From: Hydrolagus colliei
Taxonomy: Eukaryota
Length of the DNA: 64,000 nt
NCBI GenBank assembly: GCA_035084275.1
Contig: CM068744.1
Coordinates: 50,902,001-50,966,000, forward strand
Reading direction: 5' to 3'
Positions 1 to 13,859 of the stretch are shown piece by piece. Position 1 is the first letter of the stretch. Each line of letters begins with the position of its first letter. The position numbers and the translations under genes were made by a program. The notes under the pieces were generated by a model. The model was not told the origin of the DNA. It made no database searches and worked only from the letters and a program-made list of their open reading frames with translations.

Positions 1-345
1 CTAATATAGTGCCTTTAATATCAGGATAACGTCACTGGACAATCAGTGTTTCAGACCTGAGGTGCATAGGGCAGGGGGTAAGGCTGGTGACTAGGTACAG
101 TCAAAAAGGATGGTCTTGTGACGGGTCCTGAAGGAGACATGGGAGGGGGAGGAACTGCGGACTGGAGTTCCAGAGGGTGGGGGCAGAGTGGCTGTAGGCC
201 TGTCTGCCAATGGTGGGGCAGACAAGATGGGGGATGTGAAGAAAGCCGGAGCCCGCTGAGCAGAGGGTTGGTAGAACATTAGGACGTCACACAGACAGGT
301 GGGGAGCAAGGCAATTGAGGGCTTTGAAAGTGAGGACCAGGATCT
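1..345 (-). mobile_element. L2-clade LINE, degraded 3' fragment
   Basis: The reverse complement matches the 3' region of the L2 copies at 18229-19861 and 40159-41438 (gaggaccaggatcttgaac = FKILVL; ggagttccagagggtgggggcag; tail near base 1-40). Confidence 0.7.
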
Positions 346-3300
346 TGAACTGTATCCTCTGTGTGATGGGAAGTCAATGAAGTCGGGCAAGGGTGGGGGT
401 GATAGAGCATGCAGATCCTGTTGTAGGAGAGGACATGGGCTGCAGAATTCTGGAGAAACTTCTGCAGAGTTTTCAGAGAAAGACTGACGAAAGAGAGAAT
501 TAATCTGCCCCACTATCGTCATTTTGCCCCTGCTTTCTGAAGCTCCAATCTGACTTGCTCGCCCTCTTTCAAAGCATGTTAACACCTAATTGTTTAACCA
601 CGCTTTCGATCATCTTTTCCCCTCCCCACCCACGGCTCCAACACCCAGTTTTGGTGCCAAGCCAGCAGTGACGAGTGCCGTGAGACATCCTTTCTTGTAG
701 ATGGTATGCAATGTTTCTGGAAGGGAAACTCATAATACTGTATTGCATATGCAGCCCACAAATAGTGCATTGGCACTTCAGCCAAAAGATAGGAACACCC
801 TGATGTAGCCTTGTTTCTTCTCCATTGCTAATTAGAGCCAATGAAAAGGTTGTTTTGTGTGATGACTCCAAATCCAAAAGAATTGGGAAGGAATCTCCTC
901 ACACTTACCCTGCATTTAGAAAAAAAGCATTTAATTCTTACCCTGTTATTCACTGGACTCCAATATACTGTAGTAATAATAATAATAATCCTTACATTTG
1001 ATATAGTCGTTGAAACATTGCAAAGTGTTCACAGAATAAACTCTTGAATGGGTGATGTTTCTTAAACAATGGATAAAGATTAAACATGGGTATTGTTGTC
1101 CTATAATTTGTTTCCAGCTATACATTTAAATTTGTTTGGGTTAAAATGGCCTAGAATAGCCCAACCCAGTCTGAGCTGGCAAGATTCCAGATAAAAATGA
1201 CTTTTTATAAAATCTACAGATGATTTCTCCCCCGACTTAATGTTTTTTCAAGAAACTGTACAGTTGGCGGACAATGTGCTCACATCACAGTAATTGTTCA
1301 CATCACAGTAATCAAATGTAAAGTATGCACCTGTTTTGGTATGCATCACCATGTTGTTAGACACATCAGCATGTGATCTTATGCTGCTTTGGATGCAAAA
1401 CTGGCTCTGAGTTACTCAGAGCCATATGGTATTTGTCAGTACACTGGGTCAGCATGCAGCACCCATGCTGAATGACAATCAATCCATTTAGACATTTTAC
1501 AAGACTATTTGTCTGTTGTAGATTTTGTTTCAGGTTGTTTGCTAGACTGGACTGTAAATCTGGAGCATTGTGGCTGTGTATTTGTGCAATTATTTGTGGC
1601 TTTGTTTAGTCAATTTTGTGTGTATCTCTTTGCTGGATTTTGAAAGCTATATTAGGGGAAGGATGTTTAAAGAGAAACTGAGAGGATTAATATTGATATT
1701 CTGCCTGTTTTTATTTAAAATGCAGCTAATGACCATTTTCTTTGTAATATTACTAAAGCAAATAAGAATATCTTGTCTATAACCTATATTTTATTTTTGG
1801 ATATTGCATAGTTTATGTGCAATTTGGTGTCAGGTATTATCCATGCAGCCATTTTAGTTAATACAGTATTTAGTTTGTAATAAAAACCTAAACAGAAGAT
1901 TGTTTAGATCTGCAGTGTTCCAGGATGTTTTTGAAGCACTATCCCAAATGCTCCTATCTTGGGAAAAAAATTATACTGAGATGATGCACTATTTGTTACA
2001 GGCATTTGCCACTGGAATGGTCATTCAACCGTGATTTACACAACAGTAGCGACTGTCTGTTTATCGTGTATCTATAGCTCAGGCTACACCAGTAAATTAA
2101 TATGAACTTTGAAGATGATTAAGAGGAATGAGCTGTATCTCGATGTTACTCTGGTTGAACTTAATTAGAAGATGACTTTTACTTGGCATGTTACGTGGCA
2201 TTCTTTGGGATGGAGTGGGGTGGGTGGGGTGTGGGCAGGCGGTGGACAGATTTAGATTGTAGCGTGAATTGCAGCTTTAAATCAGGATTTTAAAAATGTT
2301 GGTGTTCTGCACAGGTGACAAGTATTCTTTGCTACTCAGAGCCACTGCACACATATACGGCAAAATGTTGCTATATGAAAGGTCAATATTCCATCTATTG
2401 GTATAATAAATCAAACCTATTTTATTTGAGAGGTCCATTCTGCCACTTTACTGAGGGAAGCACTTTATGTTCAGAGTTAGAAAAGTAGGAAATTCATTTC
2501 TTACATGTAGAATAAAAAATGTTTTCCCAATGAAATACATCAATATAGGCAATCAATCAACAAAGACTGGACAGGTCTGACAAAAGGCTTCACCAGACTT
2601 TAATCAAACTTCGCAGGATTTCTTCCCTCTTCACATGTTTCTTTAGAATGTTAAGTTCAGTATTTTCACAGGTAAGTGCAACACGATAACTTGAAAACAT
2701 GATGATTGATTTTGTATCGACATCTTTTCAGAGCTGTCAGTGAATCAATCTATATAAAAACATTGTGTACTTCTATACAGTAATAACATTATTATCAAGC
2801 TCGGTTGGTGGTTGATTTCTGTATTAGTTGAATATGAAATGGTTTATTCTGCGCTCGTATTTTAGTTGGGTCACAATATGAATGCAAATGAGGTGGTGGT
2901 GTGCCTCTAGAGGTAGTTACTATTTCATTCAATTTCTGAAGGGAAAAGTACCTGAAAGATCAATATACTCTTCTGTTTGTTCAGTAGCTCCTATGTTTTT
3001 CTGGCTCTGGCTAGCCGATAATTCAGTCATCCTGACTGGGCTGCAATACAAATTTCCCCTTGCAAACCTCTTTCCAGCCAACGGTCATGGGGATTCTGCA
3101 ACCAGAATATTGAGTGAGACATATAAACAACAGCTGTGTTTCAATGTGCTTTGAATTCTGTGCTTGGATTCTGCTTCACAGAATAAATGTGCAAAATTCT
3201 AATACTGTACTAGCTTCTATAATAAAAATCATCCTTGCATTTGATATAGCGCCTTATCACATAATTGAGGCATCTCAAAGCTTCACAGAATATATTGTTT

Positions 3301-3559
3301 TTAACTTCTGAGTAAATTCTATTTTTCAGATGGCTTTTAATTATTCTGCAATAGAAGCCTGCAATTAAATAGGCTTTTACACCCATGAGCTTGGACTCCA
3401 AAACTTCAATACTATTCAATACAAGCAAACTTAGAAAATGATTTTTGATCAGTAACTTCTTTATCAACACTGTATGAGGGATATTTTCTTAATGGTGTTT
3501 GTCAGTTGTAATTTAATTTGTTTTATATGGATAAGAATCCTGAAAGATAAGATTAAAAC

Positions 3560-3735
3560 AATTATGATTGATGGGATTTGTTCAACCTGGGCAATTTAGA
3601 TATTATTTAAATGTCCATTTTTAATGCAGACTGCAGAGTTGGAGATATGGCTGAATTGAATGGATTGTTCATAAAAATGTCAACACAGACACGATGAACC
3701 AATTGGCCTTATTCTATGCCATAAATTTCTATGGA
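3560..3735 (+). mobile_element. CR1 LINE 3'-end remnant
   Basis: acacagacacgatgaaccaattggccttattctatgccataaatttctatg resembles the CR1 3' terminus seen in reverse at 27942. Confidence 0.5.
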
Positions 3736-5262
3736 TCTACCTGTTGAATATAGCCCTTTCTTTTTCACAAACACACAATAAAACTAAAAAGAACATATAA
3801 ATCAAAATGAAATAAAATTCATTACAAACATGGGAAAATAGTTAAAACCAATGGGAGAGCACATTTGATGGAGCGGCTGCATTGAATCACAGGAAACATA
3901 GTCTTAATCCATCAGCGCATGGGCAAAAGAACTTTGCGTCCTACAATTCAATGTTATTCCAATGCTAAGTGGTAAGTGCGCCTACGGCAACAGATCAAGA
4001 CGTATTTATTGCGGGGAACATACACTTGATCCATCACCGTATGCAGACTTAACGACAGCAGTGACAAACTACCCCATGCGCACTTACCAGATGCATTGAA
4101 TTACACATATGTTGTGTGACTTTTTGATTAAATTGGATTTTATATGAGTTATATAGTTTGCCTGCAACTCTGACTTTGCGTAAGTCGTCTTAAATGCTCT
4201 CGACTGGTACGACTTATGTGAATTTTATCTCATTTTCAAGCAGCCTGTCATATTTCCTAAATTTCTAAATTGATGCTGTGTAAAGCTTTAGAACTGTGAT
4301 ATTGACTAAGCTGAGTCACTGACATAGCCATTGCAACAACTATTTCCACAAGTATTGAATTCTACATTCAGAGGTAATCTTTAAGGTGCTGGGGGCATGA
4401 TGCTATCGACAACCAGCTAAACTTTGGATCCCACTATATCTGGTGACCAATTAGTGTGTTTTCACATTGCTGACCTGGAAATAATTTTCCTAGGGCTGTA
4501 GCCAGAAAACTTTTAATTTGACTTTAAAAAGTACTGTGTATACATGAGTTTATAAATATAATTTCTGTAATTTTGTTGTTGTTGTTGAGTTGCCATTGCT
4601 ATGGATTCTACCCTGCAATGTAAACAGAGTGCTGGCAACTTTGGTATTGCAGAGTTGTTGCAGAGTTGTTTCTATTTGAATTGACTGCTACATTCAGATT
4701 ATAAATGTGGAATTAGACTTCAGCAATTTTGATTTGGATTAGCAAGCAATAAACTCAAACTTTAATTTCCCTCTAAGAAATGAATATGCAATTTGGCGGG
4801 ATGTATGCTAACAAACCCCAAATTGGTACTAATGCTGATAGGAACAGGAGTACCCCATTTAGATCCTCCAGCCTATTCCGCCATTCTATAAAATCATTGC
4901 TGATCTGTACCTCAACTCCATTTGTTCCAAAGCCTTTGATACCCTTGCCTAATAAATATCTATTGATCTCAGTTTAAAGACTGATCCAGCATCCACAGCA
5001 TTTTGGGGGAGAGAGTTCCACATTTTCACTATACTTTGTGTGAAACAGTGCTTCCTGATTTCACTCCTGAATGACATACCTCTAATTTTGAGATGGAATA
5101 TTTTTCTGGAATCCCTTACCAGAGAATATAATTTATCTACATTTATCCTAAAAAATCCCTTCTTCCCTATCATTTTAAACACCTCAATTAGATCACCTGT
5201 CAACCTTCTAAACTTGAAGGGGTGCGAGCCAAGTTAATGCAACCTGTCTTCATAATTTATCT

Positions 5263-5870
5263 CATAGTGGTCCAACAGGCAACGCCTGGGCCACAACCAG
5301 CCCAGTGGATAATTGGAAATGGTCTCTCTCTGCACTGCTGTGTGTCTCATGTAACCTGCTGAGACACAGTGAGCAGTAGTAGGAGTGTTTTGCCATTCTA
5401 CAACTACAGAACTACAGGTCGCAGAAAACGCAAGATGGATATGGAAAATTGAGGATTTCAGTGTAAGTGGGAAGTGGATTACTTATTTATTGAAAGTCAT
5501 CGAAAGCCACAGTTTGCCTAGTTTGTTTGCAAATTACATCTGTGTAGAAGTTGTAGAAGTTCAGCGTTAGCTTTGCAATTATGGCTTAAACTGTTTTAGT
5601 TTTGTTGAGCATTCTTTGTAGGGGCTTCCATGTGCTGAGTTGAAATCATGTATTTTGACTTTAATACATTACAAAATTTGGTGCATATGTTTTCATTTGA
5701 GATGATCATTATTAAGTACAGTAATACAGTCACACAGTTTAAAACAAAGGATTGACATATGATTATTTTATGTTTCTGGAAGAGAAACACAAAAATATTG
5801 CTTAGGGGGCACGCAGATGTTTCTCAAATGTAGAATCCAGCCCTCGACACACAAAAGATTGGACCACCCA
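5263..5870. mobile_element. Old hAT (Charlie-like) non-autonomous element inserted in CR1
   Basis: Degenerate inverted ends (gtggtccaa ... ttggaccac), imperfect 8-bp flanks (aatttatc / gatttaac), and a clean interruption of the CR1 sequence. Confidence 0.5.
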
Positions 5871-5979
5871 GATTTAACCCTTCAAGCCTTGGTATCATTC
5901 TGGTTCAGTATCATGGGACATCCTCCTGATCTGAAAGGCACTATATAAATGTAATTTTGTTGTTGGTGCTGGTGAATCT

Positions 5980-6195
5980 AATAATAATCCCTCAAAAAAA
6001 AAACACAATAATGAAATTGGTCATTTTAATTCACAACTGTTTGTGGGACACTGCTGTGCGCAATTGGCCTCTGCGCTTGGCCCACAAATATGCAGTCAAT
6101 TCACTTTGCAGTATATTCTGTAAAGCACTTTGAGATGTCTAGAAGACGTGAAAAGTGCTACATTAAATGCAATAATTATTATTATTTTATTATAA
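5980..6195 (+). mobile_element. 5'-truncated SINE (family A)
   Basis: Carries gtttgtgggacactgctgtgcgcaattgg...cagtatattctgtaaagcactttgagatgtctagaagacgtgaaaagtgc and an (ATT)n tail, shared with the other family A copies. Confidence 0.85.
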
Positions 6196-6772
6196 TCTTC
6201 ACTGTATACCTTTCAGGCCCAATATATATTTCCTGAGGTGTGGTACCCAAAACTGAACGAGGTACTCCAGATATGATCTGACCAAGGCTCTGTACAAGTG
6301 GAACATAATTTTCTCACCTGTGTATTCCGGCACCCTTGAGATAAAACCTAACATTCATTATTTTTGCCTTTTTGATTTATTTTTGTACCTGTGAATTCAT
6401 TTTTATTGACTTGTATCATCCAAATACCTTTGCTCCTCCATAGTTCCTAGTTTCTTACTATTAAAACAATATTCTGATTTACCTTCTTGAACCCATAGTG
6501 TATGACCTTACACTTCCCCACATTGAACTCCCATCAGCCACAATTTTGCTGCTCAATAAATATGCTTATGTCACTTTGTAACTTCCTTCCCCACCTTTAC
6601 AATTTACTGTGCCTCCTAACTTTATGTTATCTGCAAATTTGGAATTACAATAAAATTGCTTCCTACAAGTCATTTCTATATTTAAATAGTGAAAAGCTGA
6701 TGACCCAATACTAGCTTTATTTAACGTTGTGTATATGTATAGCATTATTAACTATAGTAGTACTGTAGTATA

Positions 6773-6971
6773 CAGTAAAAGCCTGTTTATCCAACACCCG
6801 ATCAACCGTAATTTCCGTATAACCGGCTCCTCAAAAAAAGTCTGCATTCGATTAACCGGAGTTTATCCGGTAAAATGCATTTTTTTTGTGTGTTTCCAGC
6901 CGAATATCTGGCACACGCTTTAACCGGCATTGACCAGGTCCCGAGGGTGCCGGATAAACAGGCTTTTATCG
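6773..6971 (+). mobile_element. Tc1/mariner (pogo/Tigger-type) MITE, ~200 bp
   Basis: TIRs cagtaaaagcctgtttatcc / ggataaacaggcttttatcg with TA on the left. A second copy lies inverted at 49249-49461. Confidence 0.85.
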
Positions 6972-7004
6972 TTTATAGCAACGTATATGGTTGCTAGATG
7001 GAAC

Positions 7005-7138
7005 TCCTTTCGCCTCGCCCCCTCTCTTCCAGTTATAGGTCCCAGCTAACGACCTTTCTCTTTGACAGCGCCTTTGGTCACCTTTCTACCCCTGCCCCTG
7101 GCTCAGTCCCGGGATCCATTGTTGTGAAGTGCTCTGAG
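7005..7138 (+). mobile_element. L2 3' fragment
   Basis: tggaactccttt...gacctttctctttgacagcgcctttggtcac...ggctcagtcccgggatc matches the 3' end of the L2 at 31215-32285. Confidence 0.7.
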
Positions 7139-7424
7139 GCAGGAGAGGGAGGGAGGCAGGCAGACTGGGTTCGGCAGAAGGCAGGCAGCAGGCACAGCAC
7201 TGAAGTCCGCTGCTGCTGCCGCTGCCCGGGCGGCCGAGGCCCCATCACCCGCTCCCCCCAACCACCGTCGGACACTGACCAAACCCCGGCTGACAGCGCG
7301 CCGGCCGGCCCTCCTGCTTATTTCCGAGGCTCAAAATTTCTTGTACCTGCCTATAGGGCGCACCCCCAACTTTCGAGATCTTCCGACGTGAAAAAAAGTG
7401 CGCCTTATACGTGGGTATTTACTG
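7139..7424. mobile_element. Terminal fragment of a Tc2/pogo-like DNA transposon, GC-rich
   Basis: Ends in gtgcgccttatacgtgggtatttactg|ta, a Tc1/mariner-superfamily-type terminus with TA. I found no partner TIR. Confidence 0.55.
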
Positions 7425-7426
7425 TA

Positions 7427-7851
7427 GATGTAAACATGGTAGAGACTGTAAATCGCTCGAAGTTACTTGAAATATTTGGAAATTACTGTAATACTGACGT
7501 GGCGTGGTGTTGCTTCAAAATCAGCTGGCTTTTAAACAATAACATAGCGACTTGCTATTGGCGAGTTCAAATGCTTCGATATCAGGTGCGAGCACGATTT
7601 ACCTGCGAGTACACTACGGACTGTGTGTATGGACAAAAAGGACGCGCAAAATGCGACAGCGATATTCAAAATGTGTACTGCACACATTTGCGCAGTACAC
7701 ATTTTGTGTACTGCGCGCACAAAATGCGCAAACAAAAATTTTGTTCATTAAAACGAATCCAAGTGTCCTATATCGATCAAAAGGTGTTAAAAAATTATGT
7801 TCCTTCAATTGAAACATCCCAAATAGAAGTGTCCAAAATAGAGGCTTACTG
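7427..7851. mobile_element. Terminal fragment of a second Tc1/mariner-type element
   Basis: Ends in gtgtccaaaatagaggcttactg|ta. The interior is CpG-rich with a palindrome at about 7667-7706. Confidence 0.55.
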
Positions 7852-8759
7852 TAGGAGCTATATGGAATAACTGGCCATTCACCTCATGGCTGCCTTTTGG
7901 ATTTTGCTGAGCAAATTGGTTGCTGCGTTCCACTGCACAATGCACAGTTATTACACTTAACAGGAAATCCTGTGGAGTGATTTTACGTATTCTCCTGAAG
8001 TGAAAAGCTTATGCCCAATGTGTGGAGATTATTATTTCTGTTGGGTCAATTTTCAGCCAATTTTTAATGCAGTGTATGTTTTGAAGAATGTAAAGAAAGC
8101 TACAATAGTATGAATAGGCTGAGCTACAGTTTAATTTAAAGTGAAGCTGAAATTTTAAATATGAATAGGGAAGCAAAGAGAATGGGGATGAAAAGAAGGC
8201 TGAGAGACTAATTTGTTTGTTATTAACAAACAAACAAAATTACATTCATAGAATGCCTTTCATATCAGGAGGACGTCCTAAGGCGCTGGGAACATTTCCT
8301 TTGTTGTGTAGGGTTATGCAAAATATCAAACCACTGCTTTTTGAGAGCTTTAATATTGTAATTTGGCTGTTTCCGTGAATTTACAAGAGTTGCACAAGTT
8401 CCTTTTCCTTCCCGCACAAGTACCCTGGGGTTCTATATCAGACAGCACAGCCGAGATTGGAATTGTCTGTAGGAAAAAGGAGGGGAATATAATAACTTGC
8501 ACTTGTATAGCACCTTTGGTGCAAAACAATGTGGCAAAGTGCTTTGCAAAACTTTTTTTTTGTAAATAAATGTGATTTTTTATTTACACACAGATGGTTT
8601 TGTATGTAGTAGATCCCATTAAAAGGCAATACTTTAGTTGGAGTCCATAAAATTCAAACCAGCCAACGGGACATGAACAGAACCGTATGCCAGTCAGTGC
8701 AATACTTATGCTCTCAAAAAGTTGGCCAACTTTCTAGTTGTTGTGTCGAACTCCCATTC

Positions 8760-9155
8760 ATGGGTGCAAATTGGTAATGATCTGATGGCATTTTTTTTAG
8801 GATGCAGGAAGATGGCTGATGCTCAAGAAAGTGGTGAGTGGGTTCCTTTAATCTGTTGATATGAAAGGTCTACAGGGCTTTGCTTGTTGGGAGATCCGTA
8901 ACTAGAATACTTAACTTTTGCTAGTGTTAAGTCTAATAGGGTGTTCAGGAGAGACTTCTTCACAGAGCATGGTAAACATGTGGAAGTCGCTGCCGGTAGC
9001 TGTGATTGGAGCAAATAGCATCAATATATTTAAGAGAAAACTTTATGCATAAAGGGAGAGAGAATTGAAGGATACAGGAAAGGGGAAGAGGAGGGTTGGG
9101 CTCATCTGGAGTATAAAGACCAACATAGACCTTTTGGGCCAAATTACTATGTAAT
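8760..9155 (+). mobile_element. CR1 LINE 3' remnant
   Basis: ttcttcacagagcatggtaaacatgtggaagtcgctgcc (FTQRVV..WN.LP-like) followed by a CR1-type 3' end. Confidence 0.65.
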
Positions 9156-12100
9156 TTTCATTCATAAAGAGCACTTAGTGGAATGAAAGTTTTTTTGCAC
9201 TTTTTCTGTAGGTGTCTATTTTTAATATTTACCATTATGCCCACCAGACAGATACATCAACCAAGCTATTTAACATTCCCATCTTTGCAATAAAGATGTC
9301 ACTAAATATTGGATTTTTAATGAGAAGAGATGAATCCCAGAGTCTGTTCCTGAAGCAGTTCTGCACTTTACACCAAGAAATCAATCCTGGGAATGAAAAT
9401 TGAACTATTCAGTGATGTATAATCTAGTAACAGCTTCGAAAGACAGAAGTGAATGTCTTGTCTGCCTAATGCAGATGAGATTTAGCTCAAAGCATTTTTT
9501 TTAACTGGATTTTAACACAGCATTTTCAGCTTTGCACAATTGCTTTATACTATTACTTTTTGATGCCTGTCTTCTATTCCTCAGTAGTGTTCTATTCTCG
9601 ACGTGTTCTTGCTATATTAGCATCATTGTCTTTCCCTATGTATCTCACATTTTCTTCCTTTAATCTGTTGAGCACTTGCCCCCATTCAGATGAAAGAAGT
9701 CTGTGTTAAAGGATTAACGTGGAATAATATAGATGAAGTGATCTTGATGCATTTATCTTGTGAAATAATAGTATATTGGCTCTGATGTTCCTCAGTTTCT
9801 TTTCCATTAAACACCCGCGCTTTATCCATAAGAAACATATTTTTCTCCTGAACTGCTAGCTAATGAGTTTATAAAAAATATTACATGCTTTGGATATAGT
9901 GCCTTTCAAGTCAGGGGACTTTTGAAAGCTCTTCACGAGAATTATTGTTAAGTATAGTGACAGTATTTTGTAGGCAAACACAATACAGTACATGATACAA
10001 TGCAAACAAAAGAAGAAATCCTGATTTCTATGCAACTTTGATTTTTAAAAAAAGCTGTCACAAATCAGCATTTTCCTTTATAGTCAAGACCACACTTTAG
10101 AAACCAGCCAAAAAGAAATCTGACATAAAGACACGATGCAGAAAGGCTGGGGATTATGATGTTTTATTATGTGTTTATTCTTTCTTCAGCTGTCAAAGAG
10201 CTTTATGTCATTTTCTCTGTTGCTTTTTAAATAACATTTAATCAGCCACTGCAATTACAAAAGATCTGTTGCATCTGAAGTTGCTACAAAAGCAACATAT
10301 GTGTTTTGTTCAAATCTAAAGTAAGCCATTTCCTAACGCAGAGTCTACGAGAGGTTCTTTGTTTCTTTCAATTTCAATGAAACACAAGCGCAGACCCTTT
10401 TTGAAAGGATTCAGCCACCTTTTTCTTGATTGACAGGAGGTATTTGAACTGCCTGCCTGTTTGAAATGCACCTTGGGGACCAATCCAGTGTTGACAACAA
10501 AGGATTTGTGGAGATAAAAAAAATGATGTTTTGAACAGCCTTTAGAAAAAAAAATCACATTTATTGCTGTAGGTTTTAAAATATAGGCTTAGATCACTTA
10601 ATTTTCATCACTTTCATCATGATCTTGTGATGCAAGAAACGCACTATTATACATTGTACCATTTTTAAAGTGCAGAAACCGCTTTCAAACATCATCAATT
10701 AGAAAAATATAAACTCGTAGCCTGCTAATACCTAAATGAGCGATGAATTGATGTTTTCCTTTTGTATGATAAATGTATTACTCTGGAGGAAAGAAATATA
10801 TCCGTCTTTGATCAGCTTAAAAAAGTGCATATTTAACAACATTCACGTTCTCCTGATGTGAAGAGAGCTGTGTTAAATGCAAGAATCATTAATACCAATT
10901 GAATTCATGAGAATTTATTGTTCTGGCTCTCTTTTTGTTTTTCAGTTCCATATTGTGCATATTTAGTTTGTTGAATACTGTATGTTTATACACTATTGTG
11001 ACAATCAGGATAAGGAAAAACAATTCCTCAAAATTAAACTGCAGTAGAATATGCAGAAACCTAAAATTGCACAAGATCCTTTGACAAAATTGAACAGAGT
11101 AATTTGAGAGAAAGACAGCTGTATTGTCCTAGAAGTGACACTCCATTAATAATGCTCCCATATTTGATTCATCAAAAATGGGCTTGTCACTTGAATTTTA
11201 ATTTCAAATTGTTCTTTGTTCTGTACAACTTAATTTCACAGTAATAAAGCTGCACTTTTTTTTCAGTTTTGGTGTGTATAAGATAAAAATATAATAAGTT
11301 TGTCAGAGTCTGGCATTTGCTGCGTTTGCTGATGTGGTATGAGTTTGTGCTGTAATTTAATTAGGATTCCTAAATATTCTTTTTGCTTCTCATTTGTTTA
11401 GATTACCAACTGATGAAAATTCTCAGTCTAGTTTATCCTGCTTATTTGCCCTTCTCCTCTACTATGATTCATTTATCTTGAATATTGTACTGTGTATATG
11501 TTAATATCTGAGTTTCTATGACTGACCTGCTGGTATTGTCTCTTCTATATTAACATTCTATATTGATCATAGTGTCAAAATCACTGCCTGTTGTTTAAAC
11601 GATTTTTAAAGGCAAATGGAGCTCAAATCTCAAATATTTGCTTGCTTGTATAAATTCTCTAATTCTGACCATCTTCAGTTAAAATGTTTATCGTGGGTTG
11701 TTGCTTTTTCTGGGATTAACTTGCAATTTAAAGACATCTGTTCTATTTGCCTCAATCCCTCACCCACTCTTCTCTCCACATGAGCTGCTGTCTTCCCATC
11801 ATACAATGATTATATGTGCAGAAACATTCATGGAGACACCATGATGGAACAAGCAGAATTATTTAGTGCAAACTGAATAATATCCCCCGGTGCTATTTGT
11901 TTTGTTTTTGCATATGGGGTAGGGGGTACTGATGGGTTGTGGGTGGAAGGGGGAAGCATTACCCAAACTGACTTGATGTGAAAGGCACTATACAAATGTA
12001 ATTTTGATGTTGATCTCAGTGTTGCAAACACTTTTAGAACTATATTCTTTAGCTATATTCTTCATAATCCTTATCTATTTTTCACAGAGCCACGATGGCT

Positions 12101-13859
12101 ATTCGGGTTTATGTTGCTTTTTTGACAAATATTTGCAGTAAATTATTTTGATAAGTGACTCTTTTGACTTCTGAAATAACACATGTCCATGTCTCCAGTG
12201 ACAGCAGCCTTTAAATTATCCTCCCTTGAAGCTATGTTACCTGTCTGTTATTGCTCTATTTCTCCAACCTTTACTTCTTCAACATTTCCATCACTATATT
12301 TGTTTTACAAATCTCCTAATAACCTCAATATTATATGCGAACCAGTCCACTTTTCCTATAATGGACCTACTAACTGCTATGTAACAGTACAGTAGCTATT
12401 CAGCATGTACAATATAGTAATAAGTCCACACACAGTGCAACTGCTTTATCTTTTAAAAGAGCAACACAAGCAAATCAGTCCACAAGATGCATAATGGGAT
12501 CCAAAAATTGCAAAATGAGTGAGTTGAACCTTCATAATATCATCTTTCAAATATGAGTTACATAGAAATGTACAGGATTGGGAAAGAGTTGTGTTCTGGC
12601 TGATTCAAATCACAAAATTAAACTTTTTTAATATAGTAATTTACTAAGACTGGTTATTATGAAAAATAATTTTGAAGCAAAATGTAAAATGTCCTTGTTG
12701 CTATTGCTGTAAGGTATGCGTGCTTGTGAATATTTTTTTATTATTATTAAGCCCACTCCCCTCGGCTTGTCGTTAGGCTCAGCCACTGTTAAGTCATCTG
12801 ATACACGACCTTGTGTGAAAGGAGCTTTATAACTGCAAATTGTTGTTGTATATTGGGCTACTACTTAACCAGATAAAATCAATATATCTTGCCACTGAAA
12901 CACAATCTTGCCAGCCTCCCATTGCTTGATCAGCTTAGGCTGTGTCTCGCAAAGTTAACGGGAACCAAGTAAGACAAGTCCCATGGCACATCATCTTAGA
13001 GCTTCCTTATCTTCTACCCTCCCACTCCCACCATCAGCACGATAATCCCGTTCTAATTGACCAGTTAAAGAACAGTAACAACTTGCATTTATATAGTGCC
13101 CTCCATGAGGATAGGGTCTTGGAACACTGTCACTGGAGACATGGTCACTTTTCAGTAACCTTTCAAATAATATCTGAATCCAGGCTGTTTATCTACTATT
13201 GTTGGCCAGAAATAATATGTGCAAAATCACTTTATATAAACTGACTGAAAATCATGTCCATCCAATTTTAACATATGCCTGTCATATATATTGAGCTGAA
13301 TTGATGAGTTGACATCTATTGAGCCAGACTCTATCATCACTTTGTCACTTCAAGTACATTTTGTCTCTAGCAAAATGAAAATTGGAAATTGTTACAAACA
13401 ATTTAGATTTTTTGGAGTCTTATGAATTACTAAACTAGGCAAAGAATCTAGGCATATTATAATTGGAAAAGGGACATTTTAAATATGTGGGGTCACACTC
13501 TGGTTTAGCTATGACATTTCAGTCTGAAGTAGCACACAGATTTTGAATATTTTAATAGCCGGCTATTTTGTTTTGAAAATAGAAAACGTTGTTTGTGATT
13601 TTTTTCATCCAAAGAGTTAGTCATCCCTCAGAGGAAGGCCACATAAAAGCATAATTTTTTAATGTACTCCGAGCATTGTTATTCTGTTGCACTAGTTTCT
13701 TGCTGATTCAGGTCCTCCATTCTCTTTGTACTACATCAGTTAGCAGGTTGTTTTCCTGCTCTCCTACAGCATTGCTTTTACGTGTTTCTATGCAGAATTT
13801 ACAGCATGACATTCATCCCAACCTGTCTAAGCCACGCCATTCTACTCCACTTGACTCTC

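Larger units (their letters stand above)
4775..6640 (-). mobile_element. CR1 LINE 3' part, interrupted by nested insertions (5263-5870, 5907-5965, 5980-6195)
   Basis: ORF 4949-5203 gives GDLIEVFKMI...FTQSIVKMWNSLP, the typical CR1 ORF2 C-terminus. CR1 sequence resumes at 5871 and again at about 6196. Confidence 0.8.

Noticed and set aside
1279-1313. Short tandem duplication tcacatcacagtaat x2
   Set aside because: Ordinary slippage duplication with no further structure.
6998-7870. 290-aa ORF as a gene
   Set aside because: It runs across three unrelated TE fragments, has no recognisable domain and shows no splice context.
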